Below are positions 39,193-52,800 of a stretch of 64,000 bases of DNA, piece after piece (positions within the stretch are counted from its first letter, which is position 1; the number at the start of each line of letters is the position of its first letter). The stretch lies in NCBI GenBank assembly GCA_002633005.1, contig NMRA01000212.1, positions 547,312 through 611,311 of the forward strand. The letters are read 5' to 3'. A model generated the notes under the pieces. It did no database searches, was not told where the DNA came from, and saw only the letters and a list, made by a program, of their open reading frames with translations. The translations under genes were made by a program, and so were the position numbers. The stretch comes from Phoronis australis (lineage: Eukaryota; Animalia; Phoronida).

Positions 39193-40665
39193 GATTGTAC
39201 AGTTAACAGGTTGTTCACTTGAAAATTTTCAGTAGAACTATTGGTTACACATACGCACAGTTGTCCGTTTACAATTTTGATGGACACTCTCAAGCTTCTA
39301 GTATATACTTGTTGATCAATTAGGATCTTAACAAATAAGAAATGAGACTGGTCATGTTTCATTTGGAGACAGAAATATGAAACGTGGCAAACGGGTCGCA
39401 AAAATTCCCAAACACATTGGAATGCAAGCCAATTGTAACACGTATATAATGTATAACACCATGGAATGCACTAGATTAAAACAGCCACTGCATAGCGCAC
39501 TACTGTGACCTGTTTGCTCAATACAGGTTGTACATCAAAGTAAAACTTCGATTCAACTGTCTGTTAAAGTTGCTAGACCAGAGTTCAGCAAGAGTGGCTA
39601 CATTTCAAATTAACTTGAATTTATGTATGCTATACATTGAAAAGAATCGTCATCTTTAATATGAGTACAAAAATCCATTAGCTGCATGTCTTTGAACTCA
39701 AGATTATTTTTCTCACGATTACCATTGGAGAATGAGACTAGACATGGATTTGAGGACTTTTTGTAACTGGATCTAAGCTTAGATTTGTTTCGATATAGAA
39801 AATACGAAAATTTTGGATTAATGAATTTTGGCCGTCTTATTCACCCAACTCGGGTACAGCACAATAATTATATAAGTCAAATTTTCAGGAAACTGAAATA
39901 TTTCTATCGACATAGCAGAGCCACCTGGCTCCTACTGGGATTAGTTGCTGACTGATTTCTGAAAAGTTGGGGTGCCCTCTGCTGGTGTTCCTAGACAACA
40001 ACTGTGTCAACCCTCTAACTACCTACCAGCCACAGAAATTAGGAGATAACTGAAGTTTACTTAAAATATTGTTTTAATAATTCTTCAAACAAAATCATGT
40101 CTCTATCAAACAACACCGCTACCCTAACAACACAGTTCACAAACCAGTTAACTGCTATTTGGCTGTGTACGCCGGAGGTGCTGGGCTATGAACTGAGTTT
40201 GCAAGTTTCTGAGCCATTTTCACGACTGAGCTGTGTTGTAATGTTCAAAACGTCTAGTGCTTGTAAATAAGTAACTTTGGACAGTGACTTGCGCAACAGT
40301 GGTGCATGGAATGTAAATTAATAGAATTCATTACAGTAAAAACTCTTTACTTAAGGAGAGAAGTGGAATCTCAATTTGTACAATTTTTCATTAACAAAAT
40401 AGTGATAGAAAATTTTACAAAACAAGTGGCATGGTTTGTATGACACAGCAGTTACCAAACATTTGGATACATTTTCAGGGACTAACTGCATTGACGTTGA
40501 AAGCCTTCAAAACAAAACAACGGCTGTTTTAGCAATTATTTTTGTCCCAAATTTATATTTTTTTACTTTAGATAAATGCTCTTTGTGGACCAAGATTGCT
40601 ACACTGTGAAAGCCAGCACAGTGAAGTCCAAAATAAGCACAAGCGCTCTGCATTAATTTATTAAA

Positions 40666-40822
40666 TCATGTGCTCTGTTTGTCCAGAGCTGAGAGAGCCT
40701 GCAACAAATCCTTTACAACCCGGTCAACGTCTGCTCTGCTGGTCTCTCTGCCAACACTGAGTCTGAGTGCATTACCTGCCAGAGAGCTGGGTACACCACT
40801 AGCAGTCAATACAGACGAAGGT
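40666..40822 (-). CDS. SCLY: SCLY exon 11 (PSSVL...[11 protein letters not shown]...DKQST*)
   Basis: ttacag acceptor; TGA at 40668-40666. Confidence 0.95.
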
Positions 40823-43800
40823 CTGTAATACAAAAAATGCTCGGTTAGTATTAACCTGAGGTCTGTTTCAAGAAAATTAAGATGATACTTCAGTCACAGT
40901 TTCAACGAATAAGGTGGATTGTTTTATCGTCAATTTCCATAGTGCAACAAATAACTTCAGAGAACCTTAGTTTTTGTCTCGACTGCATAATATATTCTAC
41001 AGCTTTTAATACGTATCGATGAAATGAAAGCTTTGAACAAGCTGTATGAATAACTTGTAGATACGACCAAAAGGCATAGTCGGTTCAGGTCTGGTCTAGG
41101 GTATTTTTAGTCGCTCTTTTTCAAAAAGGAAAATCCTGAGACAAAGCAAAACTGATGCGGGATTTATTTTACGTCTTCACTCATCACTTGGCAAATCATA
41201 ACGGTTCAAACCTTTATTAATGCCTTTGTGCAGCTCTTCAAAAAAAACGAGATCTTGGCTGAAATTGATACAGGAAGACTTTTTTTGGTCCATGAGTGGA
41301 GGTCTCAAAATAAGCTGGGGTAGAGACCGGAACCTTACTATACTTTTTTGGTCTAATAATGTCCAATTCAGAATACCCCGTCTTTCAAGCAGCCCTATTT
41401 CAATCTTGCAGCCTTCTTAATTTCATGATTTCATTTCTTTCTCATAACACGTAATTCCGTTCTCATTCACCGCAATTTCATTTCCGTAACGGTAGATACA
41501 TTATTTTCTTTTTCCATGAATGCACAACACTTAGCAGGTGTTTAGTTCAACTTTTCCAAACTGTATGTATGTACAAAAATTGGACACATTTGGTTTGTGA
41601 TAAAATAAATATGTTTGTATGAAAAGACCGCAATACAAAAAAAACAAAATTAATGCATGACAAAAAACACTACAGTAATATCTGGCACATTTCGGGCAAA
41701 AGTATTTACTGAAATAACATTTTTTCATTTTTCAAGGGCCTCCATAGTTGTGAATACCCTGCTATTCAAGATATTGTCTGACGTAGCTGTGGTACAAAAC
41801 TTGAACATGGTAAAGCATGAAATCAGTGCAACGTATCCCTTATGGAAAAAATGAGAAAACATAAATTTCACTTGTCTGCCATATTGCATCTTGGTGAGAT
41901 TTCCCCGTAGTGGTCACTGAGAAGAGTTAAGTGCGGATCATGAGGAAGGCAGACTGGCTAATTTACATGACTTACCCGTTCTGTGAATGACAAGCAGCAC
42001 CAGTGCTGGCAATCAAATGTTTGCAGGCTGACAACACTCGATAACCTGGAGACAGAACCTTCAAGCATTAACAAAATGTTTCTGCTCTTTTACACCCTGT
42101 GTTTCATCTCCATGTGAGTTCTTCTGACACACTTGCAAAAACACTCAAACGAAGTGCAATTCAATGTTCGCTGTAACTGTAATTTGCTGAAACCAAATCA
42201 ACTATCACACAGTACAGTTGGTCTGGGACTTGTGGAACAAAATATCCGTTGTAAGCAAGCGAATGAACAGTGATTCTCCACCTCTTCAGCACACAATATG
42301 GCCGATAAGTGAAATCTTATTTTGCTAAAATTTCACCAGACAAATCAATGGTTTGCACTGTTTGGTAAAGTTTCCATAGTTTGCAACAAGGTAATCAACC
42401 TAATGAAAAATGACAATCTTGGCAATTATTTTTGTGGAGAATTACAGTTATGAGGCAGAGATCAAAAATAATTGCAGGCATTGTACCAGCCATTAGCAGG
42501 CCACACATGTGGACCCAATGCACTAATCATCTGGGACCATTTTTTGTACTTATTAACATACAGTTAAAACCGAGCTGAGGAGCTAAAGACCTCACTCAAG
42601 GGTCTAGCAGTGTGGCCCAATTGGACTCCAACCCATGACCTCAAGAGAGAAAGCGGGGACCCAGCTATCACACTAAGTCACACTGCCTCCTCAACGAGGC
42701 ACATACTTGGTATATATTTAAACAGACTCGGCTACCCTACCTGCTCCATCTGACTATAACCTATCCACAGTTCACCAAACAAAGCTACAGCCTATTGTTA
42801 AGTCTCACCAATTTAAAACACAATGCGGCCTACAAGTGAAGAGTTATTTTTTCGTTTTTTTAAAAAAGATAAATTGTAGCAGCAAATAATGCTATATCAC
42901 ATTTAAAGATTTATACACTAGATATCATAAGACAGTGACTCTGAGAATTTATGGGCATTCATAACGATGTTAGAAGCCGTGGTAAAATGAAAAAGACAAA
43001 TTTTCGCAATTATTCATGTCCCAAAATTGATGAGATTTTACCAAGCTCCAATTTGTATTGCACTTTATAGTAATAGCCTATCCCACAATTTTGCACTTAG
43101 AAATAGCCTATTCCACAATTCATTACACTTAGAAATAGCCTATCCCCTGAATTCATTGCACTTAGTAATAGTCTATCCCACAATTCATTGCACACAGTAA
43201 AAGCCTATCCCACAATTCATTGCACACAGTAAAAGCCTATCCCACAATTCACTGCACTGTGGAAGAGGTATAGGATAAGAATTTAACTGTTCAGGCTTAA
43301 TGTGCAGTGTTTGGGAGAGTTGAAAATTTTATGCAAATATCAGGTTAATTATAATCCATACTTAAAAAGAGAAGCCTATGGTTTCGAACTTGCAGTAATA
43401 TTAATTTCTGATCAGAGGATACTTGCCTTCCAAGTTTTTTCCCACAAATGACATGTTACATGTGTTAGGAAGTCTTTGGTTATGTTCAGACCTGCAGTTA
43501 AACACAACCTTTTCTTTGAAGACTGCCTGCAATCCACAAGAAGTAGAGCCACATCAAATACATATTTACACGTGTAATAATACGGTTGGGGTATGTCCTT
43601 TAGTCACGGAATACAAGAGAATGGAGTGGAGTTAAGAAAAGTCATCAGCTGAAGAAGGTGAGGAAGAATCAGAAATCTTTCAGAAATTTTACTCACAACA
43701 TGACTGAAATGTAATTTTCCAAATTTGTCAAATATGAAAAAATATTAAAGGGAAATTCTGAACTTCATTATCTTAAAACTGGACCAGTCACAAAATAACA

Positions 43801-46800
43801 CTTATTAAACAAACTTCAATTCTTTGTCGCAAGACAGAGAGCCTTAATTGAAAAACCAAAACAATCACAAATTTTGCAATGTTTTGTGCTACAATCAGCA
43901 ACGAAAAGCTGACAACAGTCAAACTAATACTATGCAGTAGTGACAGTAAAACTTCAGTTCTAGACACTATTTGGCAGAAATAAGAATTTTCATGACACAA
44001 TTATTGACTTTCACACTCAGTCAATATGTGGTTAAAACGCCACCTATTACCGTAGCCAGAACAATCACTAGTTACGCTGAAGTCCATGTGAGAGGGACGC
44101 AACATCGCTAACTTAAGTAAGAAAATTCCAGCATTTGATTCATTTTTTTCTGTATTTTGTTACCTCAACTGTGTCTTAAAAACTTTCATGATTTTGAAAA
44201 AACTTCCAGGAGATGCTCGAAACAGACAATGGAACAACCCATCACATTTTGGGAAAGATTGCATGCTTTGGGTTCATAGAATTCTCATCCTTAATGTAAA
44301 ACAGTTAATTATATCAATGCCTTCGCACGTTGTGTGTCGGTATGCTCTGAGTGCATGTCATGCAATCTGCAAAAATGACGTGTGCTGAAAGACATTGAAC
44401 ATTAATATCCTTTGAAAACACACCTTTTGCACAAAGTCGTGCAATGGAGAAAACAGCACTACATTGATGCACATTAATTGTATTTACTTGGTGGTGTATA
44501 AAGCGTGGTTATTTAAAAACAAATATGACGTCATAATTTGGATGAAAAGGGTTAATTAAGACTGTAGTTCGGTGATGTGCTAGCGGCGTAGCAATAAAGT
44601 CGAGGCTTATGAACGACACCAGGTTTGAATCTCGATGAAGAAATTGTTACTTCAAGAAAAATTGTGAAATAAAACTTGAAATGGCATAACCATAACTGCA
44701 GTTAATATTGCAATTTACTGACCTCATAACTGGTTTATAACTCCATAATATATCCAAATTATACAATAATTTTGATCACCAAATTTTTCGACAAATCTTG
44801 TTTTTAGCATGGCTCACATGATAACATTTAGAAACAATTTTGAACAATTGTACTGATGTCACAAACCTCTAAAAATGAGGAAAAGATTCTTTTAGCAATT
44901 ATTTTTGTACGAAATTAAAAAATTTTCACCACACCTGTAACCTTTCTTCTAGATAGTCTCGAACGTCTCTAAGGTGTTTCTCATACTCAATAATGTTATT
45001 GCACACAAGTTGGGCAGCTTGTCCAAGGCCAGCTATCATGGCAGTGTTCTCTGTCCTATAATGACAAATGGGTAACATTCGACACACATTAGTTCAACAG
45101 CTGCCATGCACAACGGTCCTAGTAACATTCGTATGCCAAACAGAACAAAAGGAAGATGCAGAAAGCAATAATAAGATAAAGAGGAACATGGCACATAAAA
45201 TATACACTGACATTACATAAATGTACAATTAATTAAATACTCTTTTAATATTCTATAGATCTACGTATGTCTAATATAAAAAAGTATTGTATATTAATAT
45301 TATAAGTATAATATAAATTATGAATAGAAAAACAAGAGCACAATGTTTTAATTTTTCAACTTTATATAGGATGGAGGTGGGTCACTAGAGATTTGAAATA
45401 CCTACACAATCACAGTTCACTTTTTCAACAAAAATATAATATATGCACTACAAACAAATAACAATGTACAATACTTCTATCCAGAGTGTGTATTCCTTCA
45501 GTACAGGTGAAAAATTGAAAGGTAGAGTGTAAATGAAACACAGTATGTGGTGCAAATTATTAATTAAAGCACGCGTAAGGGCATAATACAGTATTGATGG
45601 GGGCAATTGAGCATGTACATCGTATCCACAGTTTTGGTAAAAGTACAAAATTGACATGAAATAAATTCAGGAACAAATTTACTTTCACATGGAAAGAAAC
45701 AGCAATTTCAACTAAAGATGACACTTTTTAAAATAATTGTATCACAAACGAAAACATCTGGTTACGCCCCTGACACATAACCAAAGTGAACCAGTAACAA
45801 CATGAATACACAAACACAACATGCACACACAGCACCCACACACAACACACACACAGCGTACACACCCAGCATACACACCCAACATGCACACACAGCACAC
45901 ACACACAACACACACACACAACACACACNNNNNNNNNACACACACACACACACACACACACAACACACACACAACACACACACACACAACACACACCCAG
46001 CACACACACACAACACACACACAGCGTACACACCCAGCATACACACACAGCACACACATACCATGGCTTGGAATGACCAATGACAAAAACGAGGAAATTT
46101 TTCCAGGTGATGTCCACAAATAAATAAGCTTGTGTGATAGAAATATTTTTTACATTGTAAAATTTAACTGAAGTTAACATTTTTACATGAATAAAGTCAA
46201 AATCGTGATAAAAAGAGATGAAAAATAAGAAACTGGAGGAAATCAAATAAGAGGAAATCAAAAACAAAAAAAAGAGGAAATCCTCTTAAAAGAGGAAAAT
46301 TCCAAGCCCTGACATACACACACACATACACACACGCGCACACACACACCACGTACACACAGCACAGCATGCACACACACCATACATACACGAGCAGTAG
46401 ACTCACCCTGGTCGATATCCTCTCTCCTGTCCCCCACCGTACAACATGGGGTGAAGAGGTGTCCCATCACCAAGACCGGACACATATAGAGCACCAATAC
46501 GAGGACCATAAAACTGCAATATTTAGTGAAACTACATTTCTGTAACCATGGTTATTCCACAGTTACATCACAATTTTCTTGGTCATAATTTATCATCAAA
46601 GCATATGTGAATTCACATCAATTATGAAGACATTGAATGGTATGATATAAGCTGTTGATAAGACTTCAACGACATAAGGTTTATCTTTAATCATCATAAT
46701 TTATATGATTTCTCATCACTGAGCAATGATAAATGACCAAAAAAGACTTTCCATGAATGATTCCATGAATGATGATTTGTAACAACCAAAACTGGGGAGC

Positions 46801-49800
46801 AAGAATAGTTATAAAAACTATCAATCTTCTAATGATTATTTTACTACTAATAATCAAAATTTGATGAAGTATAAATTGTTTAATTATGACAGCCATAGGG
46901 CACAAGCCATGACAGTAAAATAACATGTTTAATGACTATTTTGCCGAAGAAATGACAAAAATAAAATTCCACTTCTCTCCGCCATATTGTGCACTGTATA
47001 CTACTAAATACATAGTTTACCATTCACCACATAAACAAACGTACCCATCTTTTCTTTGAAGGGTCAAGGTAGCAGTGCACCACAGCACTGCAATTGTGCT
47101 GATCATGAACCTGTCTCATGAAAAGTGACCATAAGACTTAAGTCAGATATTTGTTATTACGCTCCATAAAGCTATTTCTGAAAAACAATTAAAATCTCAC
47201 TTGAGCAAATATAGTGCAAAGTGTCTGAGAATATACAAATAACTGCAAGTTACGGAGATAAATTTTACAAATTGTTTCTAGGCTGTGATGCACTATTAAA
47301 TAATTAATTGGCTAAACCTGTATGTAGTAATTGTGAAGTGGGAGGGTAAGACAAGACTTTCTCATGTCAAGAAATGTAGGATGACACTTGGTTTGCTCCA
47401 AAATCCAACTGGAGCCTGCTGGTTTGGTAATTGGCCCAATTATATTGCAAACCCAGCAGAATTAATGAGAAACATAATATGGCAACATTGTGCAAAAGTT
47501 TTAGGTCGTAAGTCATATTTCTTGTCCAATTTCCAAAATTTATTGGGTTTATTGCTGCTTTAAATGCAAAACGTTGATCATGAAATTATTTGTACCTGCG
47601 CTGATAACCAGACTGCTACTGACTCTTTAACCAAGAAACAATCATACCTAATTAATCTAAACTAATTTAGGACACAATATGGCGGACAAGTGACTTTTCA
47701 TTTCCTCATTTTTCATTGAAAGATATGTAGTACCAAATTAATTCTCTTCCATGTTCAAGTTCTGTACCACAGCTATCACTGGACATTACTATGACAACAC
47801 TATGGGCATTCACAATAATGTTTGAAGCCTTTGAAAGTAAAAAATGACCGTTTTTGGCAATTAGGTTTGTCCAAAATCAGCAAGATTTCATCATAAACCG
47901 ACCTTATGTCCCACAATTGTCATGTAGTCTACGCCAAGCTGTTCAACGGAAACGGGCAGTTTACCAAACACCTGGGCAGCGTCAGTGTGTACAAGTATCC
48001 TTTTGGTCATTCCTCTTTCTTTTCTGTACTCCTCAACAGCCTGGCAAATCTCACCGACAGGCTGAAATAAAACGCATATCGCTTGGTAACACTTTTTGGT
48101 CAGCTAAGGAAATGCAACATTATAACAATTATCACTTCATCCCCAAACATATCTTGGCAGCTAAAAAAATTAATTACTCAAAGTGTACCACTTCAAAAAT
48201 CAAAATGCGCTTTTGTGGCATTGGTGCAATTTTTCTGTAAACAAGCTTTCATTCACTTGGCTACATTTCTCCAATCCCCACATTTTACTTGAAAGCTGCA
48301 TATTTCCAAGACTCTTAGCAAATAAATTTCTCAACGAAATATGAACTCCGCTCCTTTAAATTATCGAATGATTCACAATACTGTAAATTAAAGTAGGCAT
48401 TCATCCTCGGTAGCATAGGTCAATGAATACATAGTCATAATTACTATAATGTCATTATATTTACAGTATTTCTTACTGTGATAATGCAAAACACTCGTTT
48501 CCTCAGTTTTAAAAGGTTGAGTACAGAATAGCGAAAATTATAATTTAAGTCATGGGCTCCCAATGAAGTGTGCTTCCGAGAAAGAATGTAGCGCTAAAAG
48601 ATGACGCACAGGATTGTAGCACTGGACATGAGTTTGTTGCTAGTGGATCCCTTCAATTTATCCTTTTTTTAAAAGGAAACATGCTTTAACCTAGGGCTAA
48701 TATACAGCATGGTCCTCTACAGATTTTCATTCACTTCCTTGCACACATTCACAAGTAAGCCCGAGCTCATAGGAATAGGAGACACCTTTGTGCAATGCTC
48801 GAATGTCAGCCAGTGAAGCCAGGATTTGAACCCAGGTCTCTCATTACGGAGTCTGGAGCTCTAACCATTGAGCCACACTGTCTTTAGGAGTTTCTTAATA
48901 AACACACATGTTAGCACACAAAATTTTACATCCGAAATGGCAACGCATGGGCTTTGAATGAAAAAGCATGTGGGCAAACAGGAGCTCTTTACCTGTACAA
49001 CACCTGTTTCATTATTTGCCAACATAACTGATATGAGACACGTGTTGTCTTGAATGTGCTTCATGACGTCATCAACACGCACTGAGCCCATGGCTGCGTT
49101 AACACAAACAAACGTCACATCTGTGGAACACAATAATCGCTGTCTGTAAACAAGGAGCTCAACAACAATTGCTGTCCGTAAACAAGGAGTTCAAAAATGT
49201 ATCAGAATATCACTGAGCAATTATTCAAAGCCAAGGTTATTTTAATACGAAAAATATCCCCCTGGGCCCCACCAATTTCACTCTTCATTTTCTTCTAATA
49301 GATCTCTCCGCTCCCCTATTTTTGTCTTGTTCTCCTTAAAATTTTCTTAAATAATTTAGCCCAAATCTGAGCAGGAGCAATTGCTCCTCATGCCCCCAGC
49401 CTATGGTTGCTATTAGATGAATAGAGTTAAGTCAGCATAATGGTATTTTGAGAGCGCACTGACAACATTTGCTTTTGTTTGATTTGTAAGATGACACAAC
49501 ATTCCCTCAATAGGCATGAAAGAGTGCTCAACATCAAAAAAGCTGGAAAATCACACAAACAGTGTTAATCCGAGTGTACCAGCATTGTTGTGAAATCAAT
49601 TGCTGCAGTCACATGTGTCACCATTTCGCTCACATAGGCATGCAAACACAACTGAAGTTTCTTAAAATCATGGCATATCATAACACTACTTGCCTGCCTC
49701 TCCATTGGCTACCAGTGTTTCTAGAGGAAGTTTGACCGAGGGGTGCTCAATGGCAGTGGAGATAATGTGAGGCTTACATCCCCATTCTGTCAAGCATTGT

Positions 49801-52800
49801 TTCACGCACGAGTAAAACACCATGTTGTTGGACTGGAAAGCAAAAGTCAAACATGGCATTCACAACATGATTTTGGTGAAGAGAATAATACTGTACAGAT
49901 TCTGGTCAACACTCATGCTCAGCTTACTGGCCCCACCGAGAAATTTCCAAATTTTCAATTTAATGCGCCCATGTTTGCCTCACTACCCACCCCCACTTTA
50001 TACTGCAACGTTTTCTTTAAAGAAAGCCAGGTCTTTGTGTGCAACTGTCTCATCAGAATTTTAACTCCCAAAAAGTACACACCTCATTTACGGCACCTTT
50101 GAGTAATGATCAGTCAGTATGAAAGGACCCTTGCCTTATTCTGGCACAAAAATACACATTCTCACTTCAGCTCTTAGCTGAAGGAGAATAAAATGGCTGT
50201 TTTGGCTCATGTGCATTCTAATATTATTGTACTTGTGCGCAAGAAAACAATGGTGAAAGCATTTCCCGTAAATGAGTGGACAGCTCATTACATGCACGTT
50301 TGCACAGGAAGATATATGCTATGATACTGACTTTTTTAGCAATCCCTCCATTCTAGTCTATAAGCCCATTACTACACTGCTTATTAACTGCCAATGTCTT
50401 ATATGACTCTTGCATATGAAGTGTGCCATTAACCCATCTCCCTGGGCATTAAACCGAACGATTGTTCGGGTAGGCTTCAACCCCTGACAATGATTTAGCC
50501 ATTGTACCAAAGTTCAAATTCAAATGTATTTTTAGAAGGGAAGCTCCATATTTTTCAACAAAAAATTTACAAGTCAACTTCTCTGATTTAACAGTGGATT
50601 ACACTCAAACATGTATTGGATGGCAAGACAATGCAACCACCTGGCTACACTTCTGATTATCCTGCAAGAATTATTTACAACCAGCTCTAATTTTCTTATC
50701 TAATCAGGTGACCTATTGTATTAAAGCAACTGGGCTGCCCATGCTGTCTCCTTTCTGGTATACCCCACAGACTAATCACCCCACCTGCATATTATCCAAT
50801 GTGTGACTGATCTCTGGTTCTGTGCTGCAATAATGGCACAATGCTACTCTGAGGAACCCTGAAATAGGGCGATTTTGGACCACCCTGTATATACACACAC
50901 AACACTGAAAAACGAACCACTAAAATGAATGCTACGGCAGATCCACTTTACCTCAGTACCTCCTGAAGTAAACAAAATGTTACTTGCAACAGTACCCATC
51001 ATCTTTGCCACTGACGCCCTAGCTTTGTCTATTGCCTTTTTTGCTTTTACGCCTACAAAATCAAAAAAAAGATTAATAAAAGCATACTGTTAATAAGCCA
51101 AAGACGTGGTTTTCCACTTTCCAATTTTTTCACTTTCTAAATTTGTCACTTGGTGTATTTGCACAGCTGTTGATAGGGAAAAGTTGTCAGCCCACAACCT
51201 CAATAGTATGGCATGTCGCAACACCAATAGCCTCAGCGCTCAATCCCTCACAGGTTTAGGGACCATTTTAGTTAGAATTAGCAGGCCTATAATTAGCGTG
51301 ACATTATTTGCACATAAACAGTGGCAACCTGTTCAACTTATTACTAGTGATTTTATCATGAATTCACGGAAAGCAAAGGTTACAAATTGATAAGGCAATC
51401 CAGCTTGAGTGATTGTCTCATTGGATTCCAATTTGGCTTCACCTTGATCCGGGTCTCGTTTCAAATGGTCAACACATATTCCATAGTGGTCTTAATATGG
51501 TTCACCTCAGACATTTACTGCAATAGCTGGTAATGCCATTTGCCGGCAACTTAATAAGGTGATTAGCTTATCTCAATTAGCTCAGTAGTTTCAATTTTTA
51601 TGGTATTTTATCATATTTTTTGGGTAAAAATGACCTTAACTCCACTTCCTTACAAGGAATTCAATTTTGAAAAAATCACCAGTTGTAGTCTAAGATATGT
51701 CAGTTTATTTCAGCAAGTGTTTTATTGCTGCGAACCATTGCTAATGAAGTAATTGAAGAGGTTAGATCAAATTTCCTGATAAACAAGCCGCTTGACGACA
51801 GTGGCACTTGCACAAATCCATGGTGTTCCAGGTGCTGTGAAACCGGCCGAGTTTCTAATGGAATCAGAATCCTCAATTTTCAGCTGCACCTCTGTACCTC
51901 CAGATGAATATACCTGCACTATAACCACTGCTTGGGTTACCCCATGCATCGGTCAATGTTCTGTAGATTGTTTCATTCACTGAACAGTCAGTGGGAGTTG
52001 TAGCATTGTAATCCAGGTACACACTGAAAGTATAATAACATGAACTTGAGATATCGTACCAACAATATTTTTTAAGTATAATAACATGAACTTGAGATAT
52101 CGTACCAACAATATTTTTTAAGTATAATAACATGAACTTGAGATATCGTACCAACAATACTTTTTAAGTATAATAACATGAACTTGAGATATCGTACCAA
52201 CAATATTTTTTTAAGTTAAAGTTGATTTTTTTGCTTCACCATAGAGTTGATGTAACACCTACACCTCAAACAAGAGTAAAGCAGAGCACTGATATGCACC
52301 TACCATGGAATGCATCGCATAAAGCACAGATACAAGGGATGCTTACTGTTTTAAACATTCCACTAAGCAAAATTCAAAATAGCCTCTCGGAGTGCATAGC
52401 AATTAAGTCAGCAATGATGAATATAGGAACACACCTCCAAATGTCACCACATGTTGTCACGTCCATAGAAATACAGTTGTCAAATTTCACAAAAATCTTT
52501 GCAGGGAGAAATTGCAATGGAAGCAAAAAAGCTAACCAGTCTGCCACTAATGGGTGCCACAGACTGTCCTGATTATATTCCCGGTAGGAACACACTTGCC
52601 AATTTTTGTAACGATTCTTAGAGTGGTTTATCCGAAAAATGGATGCCAAAAACTCAAACATAATCAAAACAGTTACAAGGAAGCGTAAACTACTGCCACC
52701 GGGAGGAACCACTGTTGTCGGAGTCATGGTCAATTGTCCTCTTCCCAGTAGGAACACAAATCTTAGTGGTTTAGCTTGTAAGAGTCGGACCGAAAAATAC

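Noticed and set aside
40070-40668. SCLY TGA as a selenocysteine codon with a SECIS
   Set aside because: The TGA falls where SCLY orthologs end, the readthrough peptide is unremarkable, and I saw no convincing SECIS by eye; a SECIS search tool would settle it.
45728-46509. Cys/Val- and His/Thr-rich ORFs (also 54565-54990 and 26606-26932)
   Set aside because: Translations of micro- and minisatellites.
50465-50490. tRNA-Sec anticodon-like GGCTTCAA motif in an SCLY intron
   Set aside because: Short match with no surrounding cloverleaf.
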